From a virus (taxonomy: Duplodnaviria > Caudoviricetes), in IMG/VR virus record IMGVR_UViG_3300037045_000029, positions 1 to 34,369 of that record: DNA of 34,369 bases, one strand, 5' to 3'. The notes beneath the pieces were generated by a model that did no database searches, was not told where the DNA came from, and saw nothing but the letters and a program-made list of their open reading frames with translations. This document shows, piece by piece, positions 19,636-25,348 of this stretch (positions within the stretch are counted from its first letter, which is position 1; each line of letters begins with the position of its first letter). A program made the translations under genes and the position numbers.

Positions 19636-19970
19636 CGCTGAGGGAGGCTCGGTGTCTGATGGCCCCGCTTGTCGCCCAGCTGATCCAAGAGGCGCAGAGG
19701 ATCGGGTATGATGTTGCCGTTGACGAATGGACGCAGCGCCAGGGCGCGGGGCACATGCTCAAGAGCCTGCACTACATCGGGCTGGCCGTGGATCTGCTGT
19801 TGTATCGATCGGGTACATACCTGCAGTCCAGCGAGGACTACCGGGCCCTGGGTGAGTTCTGGGAGGGGCTGCATCCGCTTTGCCGCTGGGGCGGGAGATT
19901 TCGCAACAACGCGGGGGATCCTCGCCCGGACGGTGGGCACTTCTCTATCTCGTGGGATGGCCGCGCTTAG
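19632..19970 (+). CDS. Endolysin, peptidase M15 family
   Basis: 'SLHYIGLAVDL' (SxH...D), 'RWGGRF', 'DGGHFS'. Confidence 0.9.
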   Translation: MTLREARCLMAPLVAQLIQEAQRIGYDVAVDEWTQRQGAGHMLKSLHYIGLAVDLLLYRSGTYLQSSEDYRALGEFWEGLHPLCRWGGRFRNNAGDPRPDGGHFSISWDGRA

Positions 19971-20328
19971 CCCTGAGCTCTCCCATGTGGCAGGGATTGC
20001 AAAGGGATTCCAGGAACTGGTCATCCAGCGGGCTCAAGCCACGGGCGACCAGCTCCTCCCGCGGCGGGTTATGATGGACCATATCAGCCGGCACAACCCG
20101 ACCGGCAGCCCTACAGCGCCTGCAAAGTGGCTCAGCGGCACGATGGCGGCGGCTGGCGGCAGTCCAGGCGGCAGATGAGTAGAATCCACGAACCTCGTCC
20201 GTCTTGCGCTCATCCAGGGCCCTGAACGGCTCGCGCCGATCCACTGTATGCGCGGGGCAGTATCCGGGGGCGTCGAGCAGCACAGAGCAGCCGGTGCGGC
20301 GGCAGATCGATTTAGCGCGTTGGGGCAT
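19945..20328 (-). CDS. HNH endonuclease, HK97 gp74-like packaging type
   Basis: 'MP.RAK..C...GC......GYC..H', 'FYSSAAW', 'EPLCRRC', 'VHH..P', 'LESLC.PCH'; AGAAAGG RBS before ATG at 20328. Confidence 0.88.
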   Translation of the reverse strand: MPQRAKSICRRTGCSVLLDAPGYCPAHTVDRREPFRALDERKTDEVRGFYSSAAWTAASRRHRAAEPLCRRCRAAGRVVPADMVHHNPPREELVARGLSPLDDQFLESLCNPCHMGELRAKRGHPTR

Positions 20329-20367
20329 GGCAACCTTTCTTGTGTCCAGTATTTTGCATTTTGCTAT

Positions 20368-20493
20368 ACACAACGTTTTGGCCAATGTACGCCGTGCTGT
20401 TAATTTAAAACGATCGAGCCACAATAGAGGCAAACGGTTGTAACGCCCGTGGAGACCGATTTGTGGGCGCATGGCGTACTTGGCCTGTTAGCT
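20368..20493 (-). repeat. attC-like site 1
   Basis: + strand: AAC gtttt GGCCAA t GTACGCC GTGC ...loop... GCAT GGCGTAC TTGGCC t GTT; 126 bp. Confidence 0.8.
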
Positions 20494-20612
20494 GATGTAA
20501 ATTTTTCTTCCACCAGATTGGCAACCTTTTCTGCTGCCAAGACCGCTTCAATTTCGCACAGGCAATGCTCTCGGATCACGTCGTATACTGTTTGTTTTAA
20601 CAGGGTTGCCAT
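20400..20612 (-). CDS. Cassette-like gene 1, hypothetical, C-terminal Cys motif
   Basis: GGAGG RBS, MATLLKQ...LVEEKFTSANRPSTPCAHK...CLYCG; reads through site 1. Confidence 0.75.
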   Translation of the reverse strand: MATLLKQTVYDVIREHCLCEIEAVLAAEKVANLVEEKFTSANRPSTPCAHKSVSTGVTTVCLYCGSIVLN

Positions 20613-20639
20613 ATAACCTCCAAGGAAAAATTGAATGGT

Positions 20640-20771
20640 GTAGAACGTTATGGCAAAGGTATGCCGTGCCAGACAAAGCCACATTTGACCTCTGAACACC
20701 TGTAATCGTGGAAAAAGTCACATTGCAAACCAAGCTTCCATTGTTTGCATGGCATACTTTGTCTGTTCTGC
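20640..20771 (-). repeat. attC-like site 2
   Basis: + strand: AGAAC gttat GGCAAA g GTATGCC GTGC ... GCAT GGCATAC TTTGTC t GTTCT; 132 bp. Confidence 0.8.
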
Positions 20772-20938
20772 GCCGTTTTGTCAACACCCATAACGCACGT
20801 CGGTTTAGCTCTTTGTGTGTTAGCGATAAGGTCGCCAAGGATCAGCTCGTTAAGTTGGAACAGCTCGGGCAGGCTCAACTTTGAAACATCAGCGCGAATG
20901 TATGCAATCATTTTCTCGGTAGCGCTATATTTTTCCAT
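20648..20938 (-). CDS. Cassette-like gene 2, hypothetical, Cys-rich C-terminus
   Basis: AGGCGG RBS, MEKYSAT...TAQNRQSMPCKQWK...C...C...C; spans nearly all of site 2. Confidence 0.75.
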   Translation of the reverse strand: MEKYSATEKMIAYIRADVSKLSLPELFQLNELILGDLIANTQRAKPTCVMGVDKTAQNRQSMPCKQWKLGLQCDFFHDYRCSEVKCGFVWHGIPLP

Positions 20939-20975
20939 GCTAAACCGCCTACAAATTAAAGGTTGGCAAAATGGC

Positions 20976-21112
20976 GTAGAACGTTCGACAAACTGGCGAA
21001 GTGCTATTGCGCTGACCAAGATCCGAACATGCGCTTTTCGTGACATGCGCCACACTCAATAATCACGTTCTCGCTACCACAGCAATGGCATTTCGGAATT
21101 TGTTTGTTCTGC
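20976..21112 (-). repeat. attC-like site 3
   Basis: + strand: AGAAC gttc GACAAA ctgg CGAAGTGCTATTGC ... GCAATGGCATTTCG gaa TTTGTT t GTTCT; 137 bp. Confidence 0.78.
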
Positions 21113-21321
21113 GCCGTAGTTGGCGACTCCGCATCACGCCTTTCAATTGGGAGGTTTTCCCTCACCTCGGCCAACATGCCACGGAAACGGGCCGAGAAGG
21201 CGATTAGCTCGGAATACGTCTCAAACTTTATGATCGTAGAGTCGCCAACATGAACGAGAATGCACTCACTGTACACGTCGCCTTCGCTGTCGCGCAGGTC
21301 AACGCTGAAACCTAAATCCAT
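21004..21321 (-). CDS. Cassette-like gene 3, hypothetical with Zn-ribbon-like tail
   Basis: GGGAGG RBS, MDLGFSV...TAQNKQIPKCHCCG...CGAC. Confidence 0.78.
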   Translation of the reverse strand: MDLGFSVDLRDSEGDVYSECILVHVGDSTIIKFETYSELIAFSARFRGMLAEVRENLPIERRDAESPTTAQNKQIPKCHCCGSENVIIECGACHEKRMFGSWSAQ

Positions 21322-21365
21322 AAAACCTCCCAATTGAACTATAAAATGGCTCGTCAACTATGGCG

Positions 21366-21505
21366 TCACAACGTTTTGCTAAATGTGCGAAGTTTGCCCG
21401 CCCCACGAATGGCCACACTCTTCGCAAACCCACCGGCCATCCTTGAGAAGATGCGGATACTCGGCCTCGCACTCAGGGCAAATTTCGTCACCTTCGCTGT
21501 TGGTT
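21366..21505 (-). repeat. attC-like site 4
   Basis: + strand: CAAC gtttt GC taaat GTG CGAAGTTTGCCC ... GGGCAAATTTCG t CAC cttc GC t GTTG; 140 bp. Confidence 0.75.
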
Positions 21506-21633
21506 GATGTAAACTTTTCTTCCACCAGTTCACATAAAATTTTCCCTATCCTGGCACGCAAAGTCTCCGTCTGCGGGGGAGCCTCAATCCGTGACATAAT
21601 ACGATCTAAGTAGCCCTTTAAAATTTTATCCAT
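21379..21633 (-). CDS. Cassette-like gene 4, hypothetical with Zn-ribbon-like tail
   Basis: GAAAGG RBS, ...LVEEKFTSTNSEGDEICPEC...WVCEECG. Confidence 0.78.
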   Translation of the reverse strand: MDKILKGYLDRIMSRIEAPPQTETLRARIGKILCELVEEKFTSTNSEGDEICPECEAEYPHLLKDGRWVCEECGHSWGGQTSHI

Positions 21634-21662
21634 AACAAAAAGCCTTTCGAAAAGTTTATTTC

Positions 21663-21803
21663 AACCAACGTCTCGATTAATGGCGCTGTAAAACATTTTT
21701 ACACTCGGCCACCGCTAAACCCATCATGGTGGACAGATTGTCCTCAGATGAGCAATCCCATGCCGACACCACGTGTTTTATGGCGTCCATTTGTCTGTTA
21801 GGC
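21663..21803 (-). repeat. attC-like site 5
   Basis: + strand: AAC gtctc GATTAATGG CGCTGTAAAACAT ... GTGTTTTATGGCG t CCATTTGTC t GTT; R'' on gene strand is GCCTAAC, a perfect RYYYAAC; 141 bp. Confidence 0.8.
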
Positions 21804-22000
21804 GCTGAACTGTTTTGCACCACAGCGTCCTGCGGCGCGTCTTCGCATTTGAATCGGCAGTCACAGAACAGCTCTTCATTCAGTAGGGCGACGATATCGT
21901 CGATTACTCCACGGTCGTCTCCCCCTAAAAATTCGATGTTGAACTCATGCCGATAGTCTTCAGGTGCAGACTCGTGGGCCACCATTATTTTTTTCTTCAT
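21677..22000 (-). CDS. Cassette-like gene 5, hypothetical
   Basis: MKKKIMV...SAPNRQMDAIKH...; reads through site 5. Confidence 0.75.
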   Translation of the reverse strand: MKKKIMVAHESAPEDYRHEFNIEFLGGDDRGVIDDIVALLNEELFCDCRFKCEDAPQDAVVQNSSAPNRQMDAIKHVVSAWDCSSEDNLSTMMGLAVAECKNVLQRH

Positions 22001-22043
22001 CTTCGCGCCGCCTACGGGTAAAAGGTTTTGAAAACAGTTTTTC

Positions 22044-22080
22044 GCCTAACTGGTTATTGTACGTAATTAAACGGATAACC
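22044..22080 (-). other. Array entry site (attI-like/secondary site)
   Basis: Gene strand ...GGTTATCCGTTTAATTACGTACAATAACCA-GTTAGGC: perfect GTTRRRY with no attC-type hairpin before it. Confidence 0.6.
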
Positions 22081-22107
22081 TCAGCGGCTTACGCGATTGT
22101 GACGAAC

Positions 22108-22299
22108 TCAATTTTCGCCTCGTTTCTGCTCGATCTCTTTCAAAATCGCCTCCAAAATCTCCTTGTGATGCAGCGCCCGGGCCAGACGGTCACCGTTCGC
22201 GGCAATCTCCGTGCCGGTATTCATCCAGAGTCTGAGCCCGGCGATGGAGCGGTCGAGCTCTGCCAGGTGGCGCTCGATGATGGCGGTGGGGGTGGTCAC
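22108..22299 (-). CDS. Small helical hypothetical protein
   Basis: GTG start overlaps the upstream stop; 63 aa. Confidence 0.6.
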   Translation of the reverse strand: MTTPTAIIERHLAELDRSIAGLRLWMNTGTEIAANGDRLARALHHKEILEAILKEIEQKRGEN

Positions 22300-22706
22300 C
22301 GGATCCCCAGGACAATGCCGCGGCAAAAGATCGCGCCGTCTTCCACGATGTCAAACGGAGCGCTGTTTTCGCAGTCCGAAGTGATAAGCCACGACGCGCC
22401 TTCAACCGACACCGGACACCACTCGGCTCTGACGGCTATTTTGTTTGCCATGTCGTAGCACTTTTGGCAATAGTCCTCATGATCCATATCAACCATGAGC
22501 TCGCCGGCGTCGACATCGATCCTCCTCTCAATCCCATTGTAGGCCCCCACTTCATCGTTTATCAGCCCCTCGAATTCAAGGAGGTCGTCAGATGATCCGT
22601 AGCATACCACCAGCCCGTGAACCTTGGCGACGCCAACCTCGTCGGGAGTGAGTCTAAACGGGTACCCTCTGCCACTCAACTTTGCGGCAAACTCTTTGGC
22701 AATCAT
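22296..22706 (-). CDS. Conserved phage hypothetical protein
   Basis: AAAGGAGG RBS; 'AK..GLVV.YG.SDDL.EF.G...DE', 'F.I.EDG..FCRGIV' match a family I recognise in many temperate phages, function unknown. Confidence 0.8.
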   Translation of the reverse strand: MIAKEFAAKLSGRGYPFRLTPDEVGVAKVHGLVVCYGSSDDLLEFEGLINDEVGAYNGIERRIDVDAGELMVDMDHEDYCQKCYDMANKIAVRAEWCPVSVEGASWLITSDCENSAPFDIVEDGAIFCRGIVLGIR

Positions 22707-22743
22707 GCGGACCTCCTTTTTGTGTGCTTTGCGATTCGATATA

Positions 22744-22772
22744 AATATAGACAAAAGTATGATAAATGTCAA
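22744..22772 (-). promoter_or_regulatory. Leftward sigma70 promoter driving the cassette operon
   Basis: TTGACA-17 bp-TATATT on the - strand. Confidence 0.8.
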
Positions 22773-22814
22773 TGCTAAACAGCCTTTACAATAACCCATT
22801 GACAATAGTATGAT
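22750..22814. promoter_or_regulatory. Pair of 14 bp direct repeats (candidate operators)
   Basis: GACAAAAGTATGAT (22750-22763) and GACAATAGTATGAT (22801-22814), one in each divergent promoter. Confidence 0.65.
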
Positions 22815-22828
22815 TGTTCGGTTATATT
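22799..22828 (+). promoter_or_regulatory. Rightward sigma70 promoter
   Basis: TTGACA-18 bp-TATATT, 6 bp before ATG 22835 (leaderless geometry). Confidence 0.7.
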
Positions 22829-22834
22829 CAAGCC

Positions 22835-23020
22835 ATGCCAAGCAAATCACCGTACAAGATAAGACCAGAACAGCGCAGCCACAGGAAGAAGCTTTCAGAC
22901 ACCGAGCCGACGGTCAGAAAAACATTTTGTCTTCCCAAGAGCCTGGCGGACTGGTGCCAAAAGATCGGCCCGAAAAAACTTCGGGCGCTGCTGCAGCGGC
23001 TAAAAGATGATGGCAATTAA
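22835..23020 (+). CDS. Small basic DNA-binding protein, ribbon-helix-helix-like
   Basis: 'TVRKTFCLPKSLADWCQKIG.KKLRALL': alternating strand followed by two helices; 61 aa. Confidence 0.55.
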   Translation: MPSKSPYKIRPEQRSHRKKLSDTEPTVRKTFCLPKSLADWCQKIGPKKLRALLQRLKDDGN

Positions 23021-23110
23021 TTTGGTCCAGTTCTTGGTCCACTTACCCCCTGAACATTGTTAACTTATTTCACTTCAAAACGAACTTCTTTACGTTAAAA
23101 ACGCAACGCA

Positions 23111-23161
23111 GTTGGGCTCATAACCCAAAGGCCGCAGGTTCGAATCCTGCCCCCGCTACCA
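23111..23161 (+). other. attP core: 3' part of initiator tRNA-Met (CAT)
   Basis: Anticodon arm TTGGG-CTCATAA-CCCAA (three G-C pairs), T arm GCAGG-TTCGAAT-CCTGC, acceptor 3' strand and CCA; D arm and 5' acceptor strand absent; next to integrase 3' end. Confidence 0.9.
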
Positions 23162-23189
23162 TACATAACCTGTAACAGGGTAACGACTT

Positions 23190-23215
23190 AGGGAGATTCG
23201 CAAGATCTCCCTTTG
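23190..23215. terminator. Hairpin between attP core and integrase stop
   Basis: AGGGAGAT-TCGCAAG-ATCTCCCT-TTG. Confidence 0.6.
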
Positions 23216-24505
23216 TCATTTCTGGTCCACCGTTGGTCCATTTTTCGTGGACCAAGAGTCCATAATGGCCGGGGCCAGATCCAACGCCTCGCGGACCAGA
23301 TACAGGTCGTGCATCGCGTCCGTCTTGTGGCCCTGCAGGGATTTCGCGGTGTCCTTGTCGAGTCCTTTCTCGATTCGGTTGATAAAGTTCCGCGAATACC
23401 GATAGTCGTGAAACGGGCGCATATCTTTCAGCCCCGCCTCTTCATACAGTCCGGTCATCACCAGCCGGCCGCCACAGGCGCAATCCAGTTTCCCCCGGGC
23501 ACGCTTCGATCGGTTGTGCCGTTGGCCACAGGTTGTGCATTGCATCCAACGGATCACCGAGTATGGCGGGTTTTTCCACGGCCAGATCGGCCCGGCCTTC
23601 CGGTTTCCAATCTGGGCCACGAGCGCGTCGTGCAGCTGCCGGGACATCGGCCGGCGGACTATCATTTTCTTCCGCTGCTTCGAGATGATCGCCTTGAACG
23701 ATGGGACAGCGACCAGGCGGCCGCGCTCGTCATGGCGGGGGAGTGACAGGTCAAGGTCTTCAACCTGCCACGGCATCACCTCGTTCACCCGCAGGCCGGA
23801 CTCGTACACCACGGCCAGCAGATTCCGAATGTCATCACTCAGCCCGGTCGTGTAGGTCGCCATGTAGACGCGATCATAGTCCGCGGCGGTCGGCACATAC
23901 GACACAGAGTTGAAATCATAGTCGATGTCCAGCACCTTGCAGGGATTCACGACCCCGGCAATCCGGTTGCGATCAATAAAAAACTGGATGAGCGCCTTCA
24001 GCGTGACGGAATAATTCCAGACATATTTCTGCGACCATTTTTTTTCCGGGAAGTTGTCGAAGAAATCTTCCAACAGATCCGGCTCCTGGTCGAGTCGTAG
24101 CAGGGTATATTTCGCCAGCTTGTGCCGCCTGATGTGGCCGCACAGCGTCTTGGCGCTCGCCACCGTTCCTTTTTTCTCCTTGCCTTTTTCGAGGCGCTTC
24201 TCCTTGTACTGGAGATAGTAGTCGCACATCTGCGCGACAGAGGAGTGCTTCAGGTTAGACGGCAACGCCCGGCCACTCTCGGCTCGGTCTTTCGTCCGTT
24301 CGTCGTATTCGCTTGCCCCTACTTCGCTCTGGTAGTCGGGTGGGCATTTGTACGCCCTCCCCTTGACTACCACAAACCACTCAGGGCCGGCAGATACTAT
24401 TTTATCAATGCGTTTTTGGATGCGTATTTTCAGGGCGGGGCCTGCTTCCAACAGGCTCCGCTCAAGTTCTTTTAGCCTTTTTGCGTTCTTGTCAAAGATC
24501 GACAT
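23216..24505 (-). CDS. int: Tyrosine integrase
   Basis: Catalytic R (ESGLRVNE), HxxR (FHDYR), H (LQGH), Y (HDLY); adjacent attP. Confidence 0.93.
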   Translation of the reverse strand: MSIFDKNAKRLKELERSLLEAGPALKIRIQKRIDKIVSAGPEWFVVVKGRAYKCPPDYQSEVGASEYDERTKDRAESGRALPSNLKHSSVAQMCDYYLQYKEKRLEKGKEKKGTVASAKTLCGHIRRHKLAKYTLLRLDQEPDLLEDFFDNFPEKKWSQKYVWNYSVTLKALIQFFIDRNRIAGVVNPCKVLDIDYDFNSVSYVPTAADYDRVYMATYTTGLSDDIRNLLAVVYESGLRVNEVMPWQVEDLDLSLPRHDERGRLVAVPSFKAIISKQRKKMIVRRPMSRQLHDALVAQIGNRKAGPIWPWKNPPYSVIRWMQCTTCGQRHNRSKRARGKLDCACGGRLVMTGLYEEAGLKDMRPFHDYRYSRNFINRIEKGLDKDTAKSLQGHKTDAMHDLYLVREALDLAPAIMDSWSTKNGPTVDQK

Positions 24506-24749
24506 CGGCGCTCCTCTCCGGGGCGTGCCGACCAGAACTGAACCGTTTCGAATATAATTCCTTCAACTTCTCGTTCGCTCCTTCCATCACAAAGGCCTCC
24601 AGGTCGGCCCGGTCGACCGTGTAGGGCTTTTTCTTCCTTCCTGCCACCTTATCGTCTCGAATCCATGATCTGATCGTGGCCCGCTTGATGCCAAAAAGCC
24701 CCTCGGCAGACTCCAAACTGATAAGCTCCATCGCCGTGTTTTCGCTCAT
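24492..24749 (-). CDS. Excisionase-like HTH protein
   Basis: 'ISLESAEGLFGIKRATIRSWIRDDKV...YTVDRADLEAF'; directly upstream of int. Confidence 0.75.
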   Translation of the reverse strand: MSENTAMELISLESAEGLFGIKRATIRSWIRDDKVAGRKKKPYTVDRADLEAFVMEGANEKLKELYSKRFSSGRHAPERSADVDL

Positions 24750-25219
24750 CCCATAACCTCCACTATTTCTCTTAACCTTTGAGGGTCAATGTTTGGGCGC
24801 ATGTGTCTTATGACACTTTCGGCCTTATCGAACACTATCGACATTGTCTTGTCCCGATTCATTCTGTACAGCCGAAAATGCAAGCGCTCTGACGCATCCA
24901 TGTCAAACCAAAGATTTTTATACTCGTCGAGTTTGTCTTTTGTCAGGTCGTGCGTGACGCACACCTCTAAACACTCGATAACCAGAACCGGCCAGTTCCA
25001 TCGCTCAATTTTTACCCTCCAGCAATCTGGAACCACTCTGGCTTCTTCCAGGCATTCAAGCGACTCGTTGTATGGAGATTTTTCAAAATATTCCTTGCTT
25101 TCGGGATCTTCGAAATCGACCGAGTGGTAATAATACTCCTCGGCCCAGGGCCTCATGGACAACCGCTTGCGCATAGCTTTTTTTCCACCCGCGTGCAGTC
25201 CAGCCGAGCGAAACAGCAT
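24746..25219 (-). CDS. Hypothetical protein (5' end uncertain, possible frameshift at A7)
   Basis: 'VVPDCWRVK...LVIECLEVCVTHDLTKDKL..Y' loosely resembles a PD-(D/E)xK-like core; lower GC. Confidence 0.6.
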   Translation of the reverse strand: MLFRSAGLHAGGKKAMRKRLSMRPWAEEYYYHSVDFEDPESKEYFEKSPYNESLECLEEARVVPDCWRVKIERWNWPVLVIECLEVCVTHDLTKDKLDEYKNLWFDMDASERLHFRLYRMNRDKTMSIVFDKAESVIRHMRPNIDPQRLREIVEVMG

Positions 25220-25258
25220 AATCTATAAGCTGATTGTGGAGCGTTTCCTTTCGTGCTG

Positions 25259-25348
25259 TCAAGATGCTCCGCCTTTCTGTTTTGTTTTCAAGATCCCGGC
25301 GACCTCCTCGGGGGTGTAGTATCGGGAGTCGGAGAGTGTGGCGCTCAT
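25259..25348 (-). pseudogene. Truncated excisionase-type HTH remnant (29 aa)
   Basis: MSATLSDSRYYTPEEVAGILKTKQKGGAS*; 'YYTPEEVA.IL' is a typical first helix of Xis-like HTHs; ATG overlaps the upstream stop. Confidence 0.5.

Larger units (their letters stand above)
23022..23255. repeat. Integrase arm-type binding sites flanking attP core
   Basis: (T/C)TGGTCCA at 23022, 23034, 23222, 23233 and inverted TGGACCAA at 23248. Confidence 0.75.

Noticed and set aside
20368-22050. CRISPR array or intrinsic terminators as explanation of the repeated hairpins
   Set aside because: Units are 270-390 bp with whole genes, repeats are not identical, loops are long, there are no U tracts or cas genes, and folding favours the non-coding strand.
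20647-22050. Four of five cassette lengths are multiples of three (336, 390, 297, 381 bp)
   Set aside because: The fifth is 272 bp and stop codons separate the ORFs, so no continuous frame is preserved; treated as chance.
23085-23161. Complete phage tRNA-Met gene
   Set aside because: The upstream sequence cannot form the D arm or 5' acceptor strand; only the 3' part is present.
23216-24505. Integron integrase IntI
   Set aside because: No IntI-type insertion is visible, and the adjacent tRNA-derived attP with arm sites fits a prophage integrase.
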